Of a stretch of 64,000 nt of DNA, positions 1 to 13,000 are shown piece after piece (position 1 is the stretch's first letter; every line of letters begins with the position of its first letter). The notes under the pieces were generated by a model, which was not told where the DNA came from, did no database searches, and worked only from the letters and a program-made list of their open reading frames with translations. Location: assembly GCA_020891255.1 (NCBI GenBank), contig BQFW01000015.1, positions 434,001-498,000 of the forward strand. The letters run 5' to 3'. Source of the stretch: Entomortierella parvispora E1425. Its lineage: Eukaryota; Fungi; Mortierellomycota. The position numbers were made by a program, and so were the translations under genes.

Positions 1-861
1 TCGAACGATCGCCTCCCAGGTCCACACAAACTGGACTTCAGAGGTTTTGAACAGCAGTTGATCTTCTGCGACTTGTTCTTTCAGGTGCTGTCTGCCGTCC
101 GACGCTTTCTTGGCCAGCGTGTGGTCGCTAGCGCTGGTCGTGTTCCGGAGGCCATCGCTCTTTCCCCAGGCATGTGGCGTGGCTACCCTGCGAGAAGTGG
201 CCACCTTCCTCATTAAGCGAGTGTAGTAATATCTGCTGAAATTGGTAATAGATGAGATGGCAGCATCCCGATCCTTGTAGCTGTCGCTCTCAAATCTTCC
301 CCACTTTTCCTCTAGCTGGGCCCTAGAGACATGCGAGACACCTTCACAGGTCAGAAGGGACCTCACCTCCTCCCGCAGAGCCTTGGTCTGTTGAACAAAC
401 CCATTCTCTTCCAGTGCCTGTCGCACAAGATCAGGTGCAAACTTGAGCACATACGGAAGGACAGCCATCATCTTTTCCAATCGTCGAAGGCGGTACCTGA
501 ACAAGAGTTGAGGTTCGCTCTCCTCTGTCCAGGAGATTCTATAGCTATTCGATTCCCAATCTCGCGATTTCTTTTCTTTGGGGGAACGAGATGGCGATGG
601 GCTGCCTTTTTTCTCCTCCTCCTCCTCCTCCTCCTCCTCCTCCTCCTCCTCCTCCTCCTCCTGTTCCTCCTTGGCCCTTTTCCTCTCTTCTTCAACCTCC
701 TTTTCAGTCAAGTAAACAGTCAGGTGGTACTCTTCCTTCATACTCAAAGGCTGGGTCAGCGGCACAAGGATAGGTTCCAGAAGATCGAACGACTCCTTGA
801 CCTCTAGACGGTCGTGAACAAAGTCTCGAACGTTGTCCAGGAGGTCAAGGGTGGATCCCAT
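1..861 (-). CDS. Orphan protein with poly-Glu tract, running off the window start (3' end missing)
   Basis: Manual translation from ATG 861 is stop-free to base 1: MGSTLDLLDNVRDFVHDRLEVKESFDLLEP...E16...KWGRFESDSYKDRDAAISSITNFSRYYYTRL... It is absent from the ORF track, probably because no stop falls in the window. No recognisable domain. Confidence 0.65.
   Translation of the reverse strand, partial: MGSTLDLLDNVRDFVHDRLEVKESFDLLEPILVPLTQPLSMKEEYHLTVYLTEKEVEEERKRAKEEQEEEEEEEEEEEEEEEEKKGSPSPSRSPKEKKSRDWESNSYRISWTEESEPQLLFRYRLRRLEKMMAVLPYVLKFAPDLVRQALEENGFVQQTKALREEVRSLLTCEGVSHVSRAQLEEKWGRFESDSYKDRDAAISSITNFSRYYYTRLMRKVATSRRVATPHAWGKSDGLRNTTSASDHTLAKKASDGRQHLKEQVAEDQLLFKTSEVQFVWTWEAIVR
613..660. 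repeat. (CTC)16 microsatellite encoding poly-Glu on the minus strand
   Basis: Seen directly. Confidence 0.95.
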
Positions 862-888
862 TGTCCAGGAGGTCAAGGGTGGATCCCA
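833..888. repeat. Perfect 28-bp tandem duplication (TTGTCCAGGAGGTCAAGGGTGGATCCCA x2)
   Basis: Seen directly: copies at 833-860 and 861-888. Confidence 0.95.
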
Positions 889-1090
889 AGAGACTTGAGC
901 AGTCAGTGGAGACGACCCGTTCCGAAAATTGACGGAACGCGACCCTCTCTTGCTGCCAGGTTCGCTCCTGGCTATCTTTCCATTCGGCACCAAGGCGATT
1001 GGGGTCGAACCATTGAGATCGAACTGGGCCTGTCAGTGCCTCCACCTCCGGGTCTAAATGAAAGACGCGAGACGGAAGTGAAAGGGACAA
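845..1090 (-). pseudogene. Former 5' part of the 1..861 ORF, cut off by a 28-bp tandem duplication
   Basis: The frame reads ...SSLLGSTLDLLDN|GIHP*. Removing one 28-bp copy joins it in frame to ...LDN-VRDFVHD. Confidence 0.55.
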
Positions 1091-1840
1091 AGCTGTTTAG
1101 GTACTATGACTCGCTCCCTTTCAATAAAACGTGAGAATGTTATCCGATAGACCACATGCCTGACTTGGAGACAAAGTCTTCTAAAGACGATGGATCCACC
1201 ACTGATGTGGGGACAGCGGTTACGGCTGTGCAAAGAATAGCCAGTGAGAGAAACACAATTGGATTCTTGAGAACGGTCATCGCCTTAACGTTGAAAACAA
1301 GAAAAAGGAGAATAAGACTTAAGGGTGAAGGACAAGGTTATGGAAGAAAGGAATCAATGATGACGATTTGCATGAAGGGAGCTAGAGAATGGGCGTCATC
1401 CCATCTCCTCATCTGCTGCGTTCTTTTTGGGGTGGCATGTTTGTTGCACAAACAACAGAAAAGAGTCGACTTTGAACCCGCTCGGTCTCCCTGCTCAAAG
1501 AATCCTGTTGGTGCAGACGAATCGCGCTTGAATGAAACGCGACACCTTCCAGGACGTGCATTTCAGGGGGATCTTGAGCACGAGTGAACTCCGCGAACCC
1601 CCCACCTCACCTCACAAGAGGGCGAGGAGAGGAGCGACATTCTTCACTCGCCTTTCATAACCTGTGTGGCTGGATACAACACGAGTCGGATTTCACCATC
1701 TCAAGATGAGTTTAGTCATGTTATTGTGCAGTAAAAGCTCGGATCGTGTTTTTTTTGCCCAGGTGTTTTTAATAATCTATTGGGGTGAGTAGATACCACT
1801 CATTCCTTCTTCCTCTATCTGGTTTGCTCATAATCCTGAA

Positions 1841-4611
1841 TCACTCTGCGCTTTTGTTGGCACAGCAGAACTCAATGTCGACAACTTCCTTGGGGGCAGT
1901 GACACTCAGAATCTGAGGTACTGTCTTGCCAATCATAACATTATCCTCAATCCGGATACCGATGCCCTGGTATTTCTCTGGGTAGGCAGGGTCTCTTGGG
2001 ATGTAAAGGCCAGGTTCTAAAAGAGCAAATCGGCAGGGGGAGAACTTGTTAGGAGAAAGGAGAAGAAATAGATACTGAAATCACATCTATGCTTTTGAAA
2101 AGAACACTTACCGATGGTAATAACCATGCCCTCCTTTAGTGACCTTGACCTTGAGATATCGCCAGTGTCATGAACATCCAATCCAAGGTAGTGTCCAACA
2201 TGGTGAGGATACAAGCGACGGTCCACGTCCTGTCAAAAAAAAAGATTGATTCTGTCAGGCACTTCATTCACATACAAAAAATAGCCAGATATACAACAAG
2301 TTCCCTTACATGAGGCAGGGGTTTGATGCCAAGATCAGCAAGACCCTCCTTGATCAGGCGCATGGAGACATCATGAATCTGGTTCAAGCTCAATCCATGT
2401 TCCTCTGTGCAGAGCTACGACAAAGCAGAAAGAAAGAGAGGGATGTCAATTAAATACTTGAGCGAAGCAGCTTTATCATCGCAGAGCAAAAGGGCGTGAG
2501 GGTGATTTAAACCACATTTACCTTGATACACTCCTTGTTGGATTTCAAGACAACCTCATAAAGATCCTTTTGGGCGGGAGTAAACTTTCCATTCACGGGC
2601 CAGGTACGGGTGATATCACTTGCATATCCATTGTACTCGCCACCGGCGTCCATCAGCAGCAGATCGCCGTCCTTCAATGGCTGATCATTGTTCACGTAAT
2701 GCATCGTCAACGCGTTCGAACCTCCAGCGACCACGGGGACATAGGCCATCATCTGAGAGCCACGCATCCGGCATTCGAAATCAAACTTTGCATAGACCTG
2801 GTGCTCCAGCCTCTTTGGGCATGTGAATTTCATGGTCTACAGATGCACATGCGTAAAGGGCGAGATGTGAGTTAAACGTGCAGGACTGCAGTTGTTATCT
2901 ATAAATGTTGATTTGAGAAACAGGTGGGGAAAAAATAGTTGGAGACTCTTATGTTTACCTCGATAAATGCCTTTCCACTGATCTCTCCTGCTTGACGCAT
3001 GATTTTAATCTCGGCTTCACTCTTGATAACGCGTTGTTCCTGGATCAGCGGTGAAAGACCCTTGGTGCTGGACATTGCATCGGAATCTGCTTTCAAGGAA
3101 AAGGAAGAAGAATCGGATCCGCCATATTTATGGTTCGTAAAAGCAAACGAAGACGATGAGGATTTAGTGCCTGAAAAGTACTGCGATAAACCCGAAAACA
3201 AAGACGATTCATCTTTTGTTTGGCCAAAGTAATGAAGAGAAAAAAAAGGGATATCGGTCGTTAAATGGAGAGGTGTGCGCTGAATGTCAGTAAAAGATGA
3301 AGACGTTTTCCTTACCTGGCTTGTTGTGGAGTTTCTTGGCAATGTCCATGGGCATGAACATGGAGGGGGATGGGTAATCGAAATAGACGTTCTCATAACG
3401 ACTGGCCATATCCACAATTCTGTAGCGGAACAAATTGGCGTCGATCGCCTACAGCAGGAAAGAATGGAGACCCTTTGGTTAATATGTATGCTGCTCCATA
3501 TTGTTTCTTCAAGAAAGAGATCAGAGGTCTCAATTACCTCATCTGCACCAAAGACTTCCTTGGCTGCCTCAATGCCAGTCCTGGGTCCTTCCCACATCTC
3601 AATGTTGGCATTCTTGGGGGCAACAAACATGGTCATCTTGTAGCCTCGGGGCGAGTTGTCCTTTTCTAATACGAGGGCCGAATCAGGCTCGTTGAATCCT
3701 GGAACATGGAGAATGAACAAAATGGGATGCGTCAGAAAATAGCTCCCTCCTGTATGTCATAATTCCTTGCTTTCCGTCGCCCTTACCACAAAGATAGTAA
3801 AAGTCGGTGTGTTGATGGAAGGGATAGCTAGTTATGACCGGTGAAAGAATGGGGAATATCTCCTGGTTAGCTCCATGCTCCTCATATGCCTTTCAAGCTT
3901 GTTCTTGACGCCATGTGTCGCCATCGCTGTTTCCCTCCAGAGCGCTTACAAGATATTGTTGGTCATGAACCGTGTCTTATGACTGGTGGCGATAACAACA
4001 CTGTTCCTGGGCAAACTCTCCATCAACAAAGTCCTCCGAACTTCGTATTCCAGTGCTGTCAGTCCAGGGGTAACTGTGATGCCACAAGGGGGGAAAGAAG
4101 GTGTTAGTGCTTCCCTAAAGATTGGGGTTCGGATCAGACCATCGCGCCAAGTTTCTATTCGAATTTCTTACTCTCGCCTTCCTTCATCAAGTGGGGGTGG
4201 GTCATCCAAGTCGGTTGTCCATATTGGGCCAGAGCAGCTTCCTTTTCAGACTGAGCCAGAGATGATGTCGAAAAGAAGGATCGTCCAAGATCAAAGTTCC
4301 TGGCAACCACGCCCGCGCAGGCGGCTGTGGTCCTGGTAGAAGCGATCCTGCCGACTGCTGTGGAGGGCTTGAGGATCGACCTCGCTCTGGAGGGCATCAC
4401 ACAAGTAGAAAACGTAGAGGAGCTCAAGAGCCTTCCCGCAAAAGTCCGTGTCGCCTGATATATTATTGTGGTCACAAAGGACGAAAAAAGAGAGAGAAAA
4501 GAATGAAAAGAGCACAGCAGGAATGCATGATTAGCATGTTTCCTCCTCCATGGTTGATCCTGCACTCAGCATTGTCCTCCAGGCTGCATCCAATGACATT
4601 GTCTGTACCAT
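1841..4611 (-). CDS. ICP55: Mitochondrial intermediate cleaving peptidase / Xaa-Pro aminopeptidase 3 (M24B), multi-exon
   Basis: Exons encode [47 protein letters not shown] and GIRIEDN, covering all five M24B metal ligands. The N-terminus is an Arg/Ser/Thr-rich presequence, M|[14 protein letters not shown]. The 5' end is inferred from an ATG-only exon at 4609-4611. Confidence 0.93.
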
Positions 4612-4747
4612 GATGGTCGATTCCTGCGCGAATAAGAGAAAAGGTAGAGAAGAGAAGAAAAGAATGAAACGAAATGAATGCATCAAAGTGACTCCCAAAT
4701 TTTATTTCCCTTTTTGAAGGTCACGGAAAGGCGCTGGTCTTGTCTCT

Positions 4748-6797
4748 TTACAACAGATCGTCGTCACCCTGCAGATCGTCATAGTAGTTCCTGCTGGGTG
4801 GTGCTCCTGGTGCCTGGTTGACCCTGGACTGGGGATGGGGAGGGTGCTGGGGAGCCTGCTGTTGCTGGTATGGGGGCTGGAAGGGCTGGAAGGGCTGCTG
4901 CTGCTGCTGTTGAGGACGAGGCGCTGGCGTTTCCGTCAGTGCACGCCAGTCTGCCTCCTGGCGCTCATTCGAGTAGGGTGGTGGCACTCCAGAAGATGAC
5001 GGAGGAGAGATTTCATATCCTCCACTTGTGTTGTTGGGTCTTCCTTGGTAGACATCCTTCACAGGCTGCTGGTAACCAGGCTGAGGTTGGTGATGAACCG
5101 AGGGAGGCTGTGCCTGGTAAGGGCTTGGCTGTCTTGGAGGTGTTGGGTTTCCTCCTTGACCATAGAAAGGTTGCTCCTGGAATTGACCCTGGCCTGGAGG
5201 GGCGAGGGACTGAGAGGGGTCGACAAATCCACCACCCGAAATAAGATCATTGGAAATGACAATGTTACGAGCAAGTCTGGCAACCTCGTTATCAAGGAAG
5301 CCCACTTGTTGGCGAGCTGCTGTCTGGTTGTAGTATCCTTGGTCGCGATGCTCAAATGCGTCCAACATGGCATGCGCAATCGCTGACTCTTCCGACTGAA
5401 CAAATCCGTCCACACTAGAAATCAAGAAGAGAAAACAGCCTGTCAGCTATAAAAAAAATAAAAAAATAAAAACATGACAAGACTCCATTTCAGGCGTGGC
5501 GGTATGATCCATGTTCAAAGTTTCCTTACGAGCAGAAAGCCTGGAATCTCTTTCCAGCGTCAACCTCATCTCCAGTAGCAAGCTGAACAATGATGATGCT
5601 CAATAGGGTCTTGTAATAAGCATTCTTGTTGGGGGTATCCTTCTGAACATTGCCAAGTCTCTGCAGCACTTCCACGGCCCTTTCATATCTAAGACAGCCC
5701 CCCAAATTCAGCCTGATTAAAAAACAATTTCACAAATGGAAAAGTCAGGTTCGTCATCCAGAAATAGTTGGCATCCATACCTCTTGTGCTTGACCAACAA
5801 TGAAATCGTTCTCTTAAAAGTGTCCGTAGCATATTTGGCCCGGTCCTCGCCCTCGTAAATATTGCATGCTCCGATGTAAAGATCAATTGCTGACTCGATT
5901 GAGATGGATTCCATGGCCCTAAAATGGATGACCGCCCAACGCACAGACAGAGGCAAACGAGGCGGTTAAAATCTCTTGCTATTCTTCGCCCCTTTTTTTT
6001 GGACAGAGAGATGTAATCATTGCTCATCGACACCATACTTGGCAGCCTTCTCCAACATCTCTGCGGCACGATCCGGAGTCATGTTTTGCATGAACAATTC
6101 GCTAGCACGCTTGTACATGTCGGCGGCACGTTCAGGCTGTCCCAAGTTTTGCAGGGCAATGTTGCCTCCGTTCTCCAGTGCACGTCCCGCCATAAACAAG
6201 CTAAAAGAAAAGTGACCAATGGAGGCAAAAGAGTCAGTAAACAAATTTTCATGACCAAAGCTGAGGCGAGGCAGCTTCTCCCGTTACCTAGTCGCAGAGA
6301 TCATAGCGTCTGAGGCCTTCACAAAAGCCTGAATAGCTTGTTCGTATGATTTTCCGGCTTTGAAAGACTGACCTATTGTTTTGGATCGAAAACAGGGGTC
6401 AGTGGAGAGGATGAATGAATGGCTGAATAAAAATAGCGTGTCCCGATCTTCCTGGTTGCACCGTTTTTGACATCAGCCTCTGCGAATAATAGAAAAAAGG
6501 AGCATTCGATGGCGCAGACCATTCAACCACCACAGCCACAAGAACAGATAAGAGACATTACCGGCCTTTTCGTAGTACTGAGCTGCAATATCCCAGTCCG
6601 GTTTCTTGAACCAGCCCTTCTCGGTGCTGAGAGAAAGAATTCATTCAAAAAGACACAAGGGAGGAAGGGAGGGTCTGTCAGTTGTCTGGTTATAACCGCG
6701 TGGTTGCTGTGCGTCGGGGAAGGAGACTCTACTTTTTTTCGGCTTCATGCATGTATTCGATGGCATCCTTGAGACGCGCTTCTTCTGGTCCTGGCAT
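4748..6797 (-). CDS. NAPG: Gamma-soluble NSF attachment protein (gamma-SNAP) with a Pro/Gln-rich tail
   Basis: Spliced reading: MPGPEEARLKDAIEYMHEAEK|..KGWFKKPDWDIAAQYYEKA|..AFVKASDA..|SLFMAGRALENGG..PDRAAEMLEKAAK|..ESAIDLYIGAC. The C-terminus ends DDLQGDDDLL. This pattern matches gamma-SNAP. Confidence 0.85.
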
Positions 6798-6994
6798 GGC
6801 TGGTTGTTTCTCTTCTGAGGGATGTTTGTAGGAGGGAAGGAAAGATGAATGGAATGAATGAATGAAAGAGAGGAAGAAGAAGGCGCGTTGAAATAATGGG
6901 GATGATGCAGAGAGAACAAAAAGACCGGAGACGTTCCAGGGTCACGTGGATTTTTTTCTCTTTTTTTTTTTTTTTTTTATTGCTGCTGAACGGT

Positions 6995-7949
6995 TTAACG
7001 ACGGCGACTGGCAACAGGAGACCATGCCTGGGGCTCGAAGGTATCTCCTTGCTGCACCTGGGGCTTGAATCCAGCTATGTCCCAAGTCATTTGAGACGAA
7101 AGAATGGTGAGTTTTTTTTGGTACTTTTTTTTTTTTTTTTTTGCTCGCGCCAAAATCTTATTGGCGAACAGCTTTGTGCAAAGTCTTTTGTTACCTTTAC
7201 GAGAGGCCTCTCTCTCCTCAATCTGTTTCCGTGCAGCACTCTTTGTCGTATCATCCTCTGCAGAGTCTTTGTGTTCCGCAGATTCTTTCGTCGCTGAGGC
7301 AGCTGTGGTAGCGGCGGAAGAGGAAGCCTGAGCCAAGCCCAGGATCGCCTTTCTGTCCTGAGCCTGCTCCATGGCCAGTTCTGCTTTCCGGTCCTGCCAA
7401 GCCTGATCCAAGGCCTTGGCGCGAGTGATGGTCAACTGTTTCCGTGCCTCGTCCCTTTGAATCTCTGCCAATGTTGGTGGGTTCTGACGAGTATTCCTAA
7501 GCCATGATTGCCATTGGACTAGAAGGGGATATTGATATCAAAAGAAGGGTCAGATCCCAGTAACAAGTTATCAGACTGATCGGTGTTGCATTCAGTCATC
7601 CTTTTTTTTAAAAAAATCTAATCTTTACCAGTGATGTTGGCATCGTCGTAGTTGGCTTCGTTCAATTCGGGGTTGGCGAGTTCCACGGTTCTTCTTGGGT
7701 ACCTTCCACCTGTGTGTTGTCAAAGAGAATAGATCCAGACAGTCAGAACTACTCTGTTCTCCCGTCCATCTGCAGTGTCTTTTCTCGAGCAAGCGAGCAC
7801 GCGAGAGGGTGTATACCGTTAGGGTCTGGCTTCTCAAAGTACAGGTTGCCATCGAGATCTTTTCCAGCGAGTCGTCTTCCTCCGCCGGGGGCAATGGCTT
7901 TAAGCGAGAGCGCGAGTCTTCGCATCAGAGGAATGCTGTTGTTTGCCAT
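6995..7949 (-). CDS. NDUFAF2: Complex I assembly factor NDUFAF2/mimitin-like (NDUFA12 family)
   Basis: GKDLDGNLYFE..|GRYPRRTVE..YDDANIT|VQWQSWLRNTRQNPPTLAEIQRDE..DTFEPQAWSP matches the GxDxxGNxY and WxxWxRxTRxxPPT motifs of the family. Confidence 0.8.
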
Positions 7950-8237
7950 GGTTGCAGTGATGAGTCGTATAGTATAGAGTGATCCTGTTCCTTCCTGAAT
8001 GAATAAAGAATGAATAAAGAATGAATGAAGAGAGAAAGAAAGAAAGAATGAGCGAAACACAAAGCCGATCGCGTTCTCCCCCCGAGAACAAAAGGCAAGA
8101 AAAAGGGTGACTGTCCTTTCTCTCCGCTCGAGCGCCACTGCGCCCGTCTTTCTTTCTTTTATTCGAATAGCCCTTTGCCCATGACTTTGCCCCCTTCTCA
8201 TTCATTGCATTCGCGTCACTCTCTCCATTCAACCACC
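7950..8237. promoter_or_regulatory. Probable bidirectional promoter, NDUFAF2-like / NTA1
   Basis: 288-bp gap between divergent start codons. Confidence 0.5.
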
Positions 8238-9890
8238 ATGAAGATCTGTATGCAACAACAACGCTGGGACATACTCTGAACTAGAGACACTTATGATAGA
8301 CAAGAGGCCTACCACTCAAGAGAAACAGCGCCTCATCACCACTCTTCTCCCCTGTTTTTGATCCTAGGCTGTCTCCAGCTTGAACCCAAGCTGGGTCAAG
8401 TCCAGGAGAACATCAACCATGCTACCGACATGATTGCCCAGTAAGAGAAGATTTGGATATTACTTCTTTTAGATCAAAGCACACACTTCTGGTGGAAAAA
8501 GAAAAACAAGAATCTGATGCTAATCTTTTGATCCTTTATTTCCACGGCAATAGCTTAAAGCCCGAGGACGTGGATGTGCTTGTCCTGCCCGAAATGGCCT
8601 TTACAGGTAAAGATCGCCGACCTCTTGTCTTCATCTTTTTTAAATTCACGGACGTTATCATTTGGAAAACGAGTAGAGAATCCGAATCGGGGCGTTACCA
8701 CTGGTGAAAGCGTTCTCAATAGGTCAAACAAAAGCTGAATTCTAAAACCTCCTTCTTTCTCTTCTTTTCTCCTAAGGCTACGTGTTCAAGAGCAAGGACC
8801 ATATCAGACCTTACCTCGAGGATTCTAAAACTGGACCTAGCGTCACCTGGGCCATGGCTCAAGGTAACTGCACCCTCAATACCTTTGAGATTTAGTTTCG
8901 ACTTTTTTTTTTTTTTTTTGTATCGTTTTTAGATTCTTGATTTCAACATCTGGCGGACCACAATCTTTCTCGCCTCTAACCTATTTCATCCTCTTCTTAA
9001 TCTCTTTAGCCATCCGACTCAATGCTCATGTAGTCGTCGGCTACCCCGAGAGGCGTGTCGTCAACCCCTCTGACCCCACCAAGGAACAATTCTACAACTC
9101 GATCGCCTTTGTCTCCCCCACGGGCCAACTCTTGACCACCTACGCCAAACATTTCCTTTACTACACGGACGAGAACTGGGCGGAAGAAGGTCCCGCTTTC
9201 GAATCGATTCATGTCCCCGGATTAGGACAAGTCGGCTTCGGGATTTGCATGGATGTGAACCCGTACCGGTTCCAAAGTGCGTTCCAGGAAATGGAATTCT
9301 CGACATTTCACTTGAAGCACAAATCCGACTTGATCCTGTGCTCCATGGCTTGGAACAAGGGTGAGGAGGCGCCCAAGAAGGAAAAGGTCCTTCCAAAACC
9401 GAAATCGGAAAAGTCGAAAGCAAGACTTGCAAAAGCAAAAGCGCAAGGGGAACTTGGCGAGGGCGAAGGCGTGGCTGAAGATGAGGATGATGACGAGGAT
9501 TGGGAAGATGAGGAGAGTGATGAAGAGACTACGGAAGAAAAGGCCTTGCGATTGGAAGAAGAGGCACAGAAACTCCGGTACGAGACGATCCAGTACTGGG
9601 CCTTGAGAATGTCGCCCTTTTATGACCAAAAGTCGAAACCGCCCCACAAAGCCCATATTGTCATCGCCAACCGAATCGGCACGGAGGATGGTAAGACAAG
9701 AACCTATTTCCCAGTTCTATGGTTCGTTTATGGCTTTCTCAGATTTTAACCGCCTCTCTCCTGTCTCTCTTCTCCTACAGGAAATTTGTTTGTGGGCAGC
9801 TCGTGTGTCATGCATTTGACTTCAGAAGGACCTCGGCTTTGCGGAGTGCTGTCCGCAAACACAGAGGGCGTCCTGAAGGTTCACACCTGA
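8238..9890 (+). CDS. NTA1: Protein N-terminal amidase (nitrilase / carbon-nitrogen hydrolase fold)
   Basis: The catalytic triad is present in LVLPEMAFTG (E), YAKHFLYYTDENWA (K) and GICMDVNPY (C). Also LCSMAW and IANRIGTEDG|NLFVGSSCV. Confidence 0.9.
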
Positions 9891-9969
9891 ACATAGACCA
9901 TATACCTTTTGCTACTAGCACGTTCTTAATCATGAAAGAAAACATGGATCTCAAAATCAATCCATCGGC

Positions 9970-10001
<32 letters not shown>

Positions 10002-10037
10002 CGCAAATGTTATTAATGTACTGTCGCTACTGCACTT

Positions 10038-13000
10038 CTATGAGGTTCCAGATGGGACAGGGTCAAAGGAAGAGAGAGTGGAGGAAGGTATATTAACACT
10101 CTCAAGGCTCGTGTTATTGTTCTCCCAACCAACAATCAATGGGGTCTCATTCCCAACAACACTTTCGCCTGCACGAGAGACCCGCTCGCCGTCGTGGCCA
10201 GTGACGCTTTGGTCGTCATCCTCGTCGCTATCATCGTCCTCTGTCTCTGTATTTTCGTCCCGGTCATTCGACACAAACGAGGATCCCTCGTCCAAGGCAC
10301 AGCCTACAACGTCGCCACTGATCGAAATCAGGGCATAACCTTGGTTTTTGACGCTCTCTTGGAAAAAACTCTCGTCCACGCGCAGACCTACAATCGCATC
10401 GCCTCCCAAAGCAGCCACATGGGAACGCGCCACGGCCTGGATCTCCATCAGGAACACATGCACAAATCCTCCCATGCCGCTCGACACTGTCGTGTCGTGC
10501 AAAATATGAGTTTCCTTGACAAAGTGAAGGGAGAGCTTGCCCAAGTAACGCGTGGGGGTTCGTCCAGGAATAAACGAGAGTGGGGTCATCTCGATAAAGG
10601 GTCGATCAACCGGCATCATCGGAAGTTGGGCCACTCGAATACTCGATTCATCCATCTGGCCAGATCGACTCATGGCGGAGGACACAGATTGCTGACGGTC
10701 ACGATTGTGCTGGTTCTGGAGTCCCGGCCGCGTCGTCTGAACTGCCAGGACATTGTCACTAATATAGCTGCCGTTGGAGGAGGTGGGTCGATGGACTGGA
10801 CTCTGTGGAGGTACCAGACTAGAACTGGACACGGTAGACGACTGCATATTTTGCTCCTGAGGGCGATATCCCATCTGACGGCTGGCTTGGCTATCCTGCG
10901 GTGTTGTTGGCGCGCTATCTGCCATTCCTAATCGGTTGTAGCGCTCCTTGACAGGGGTCGTAGGTGCAGTAGCAGAAGTTGAGCCAGTGACAGTCTCGCT
11001 CGATTGTTCGGCAGAAAAAGGGTGTGTAGATTGTAACCGGCTATTGATGTCTGTAAGAGTCGTTGCTGGCGTGGTCGATTGTGAAGAAATGGGCGTCTGT
11101 CGTGGCGACTCTGTGACTTGACACTCATCCATCTGGAATACCATTGCATCTTCCACACTTCTTGCTGGTCGCTCAGGTGTAGTGCGTGACTGTGACAAGC
11201 CATTTTCAGACTCTGACCGAGAGTGGCTCGAAGAGAGCGCAGCTGATCCAGGAACAGACCTCCATGGTGAAAGAGTAATGGGAACACCCAGTGGTTCCAA
11301 ACTATCCAGTTGCCTCTGCTGTCCCAGTGCCACAGCTGTAAGCTGGATCTGGACCTCATTGGCGCGAGGAAGTTGAATGTTATAAGTGATACCGGCGAGG
11401 ACACAATCTGTAAAGTATGAGAGTCGGAATCGAAGATCCTCGTAGATAGATCGGAACAAGGCAGCCAGTTGTCGGTTAGGGTGGTGAGAGACAATGTTGA
11501 TGTGGCCCTGCTTGACAGTTGTGATCAAATGGGCATTGTCGGGTATCATTGGGTCCGTGCTCACGAAATACGGGTGGTTCGGCAGCGTTTCTGTGCTGCA
11601 CAGTAAAAAGCCATCCGTGAAGACCGGGTCCAATAAAACCGCCATGAGATCCTCATCCGCATCATCATCAATCTGAATGACAACATTCGTCTGATAATTG
11701 TCCTTCTCTGCCTCGTCTTCGGAATCCGAACTCGATCCAGAACTGTCGTCGTCGGGATTATTGCCGTCAATGAGAGCTGCCATGGATCCTGGGTGGCTCT
11801 CTTCTGATGCACGGATCTTGGCGGCCTCCAGGTTTTGACGATTTGTTTCCGAGAGCTCCATAATCTTGCGCTGCATTTCCAACAACTTCTTATCCTCTTC
11901 ATCAATGACGCCCAAGTTTCGTGAGATTCGTAGTGCTGGGGGGGTTGGGAGGGCTGAGAGATACATGGCAGTACCGCAGGCCACTGCTACAATCAAGGTA
12001 TCGCCAACGGTGAGCTGGAATCGGAGGCCAAAGATGGCATTCAGACCATGGATCTTGAGCTTGTACATTAGCTGTCGGTGCAAATCGTACTCGACGAACG
12101 GGATCGCGTCACTGACAATGGATGCGTTGGATTCTCCATCTTTCCGCTTCTTGGGACGACATACGTGAGCTTCCACGAATGCACTTTGACCAACAACGCC
12201 CAACTCTGCTGGAGGTTCAACCGTGCTAAGCAGAATCTCGGGAACATACTTCTTTTTGCATTTTTGGCATTTGACCAAACTCATTGGGAACGGTGACGAC
12301 TTGCGATGGAAAGGGATATGACACATTCGGCAGGCTAAAAAAATATATGCGAGAATATATGTTAGTATGGAGAATAGATCCAAAGTGAAAATGAGTGATC
12401 AGCCCCCCTTGGGAAAAGTACCTGAAGGCTGCTTCCGTTTGCTCTTCCGTTTGGCGAGCATATCCATCCACTGCTGCTCTTTCAAAGAATTCTGGAAACT
12501 GGCCCTGGTACCACCAATAGACGAAGAAAGGTTGTCGACGGGGTTGTCCACATATGATCGACAGATGCTTCCAGACCTCGACAAGTTTCTGCCTGCTTCA
12601 AAGAACCCAGGTGTAAAGGCCGTCATGTCCAGATTGGCTGCTGTTCCGACCGCAGAGAGGACAATCAACTCGTCATTGATAGTCGCCGCCTCCTGGTATC
12701 CGATAATATGAGAACAGCCCAGCACTCGAGCATGAGACTTGATCTCATCACGCAGCTCATCCCACCACGTCTCTCTGGTCTCGACATCGTCGTTTTCAAT
12801 CAACTTGACAGATCTGGCACTGACAATTCCTCCGAGGTTGAAGACTGTTCCTGGAGGAAACTCGTGTAGCGTAAAAATTTGTTGTTCCAGATATTTGTAG
12901 TTGTTGATGCTGTTCTTGGCGCCGCTGGCTATTGACGGTGCAGAATCCGTGCTGCTGCTGCTCGAGCTCGAGAAACTAGAGCCTCTCCTTCTCGCCGTTG

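Noticed and set aside
323-366. Apparent 44-nt GT-AG intron in the first ORF
   Set aside because: The frame is open straight through without splicing, so no intron is needed.
331-807. 158-aa plus-strand ORF with poly-Leu, and the poly-Arg ORF 468..695
   Set aside because: These are antisense and alternative-frame shadows of the (GAG)16 tract in the real minus-strand ORF.
4291-4515. 74-aa ORF overlapping the ICP55 5' end ([13 protein letters not shown]...)
   Set aside because: It starts inside the inferred intron and overlaps the presequence frame; no recognisable family.
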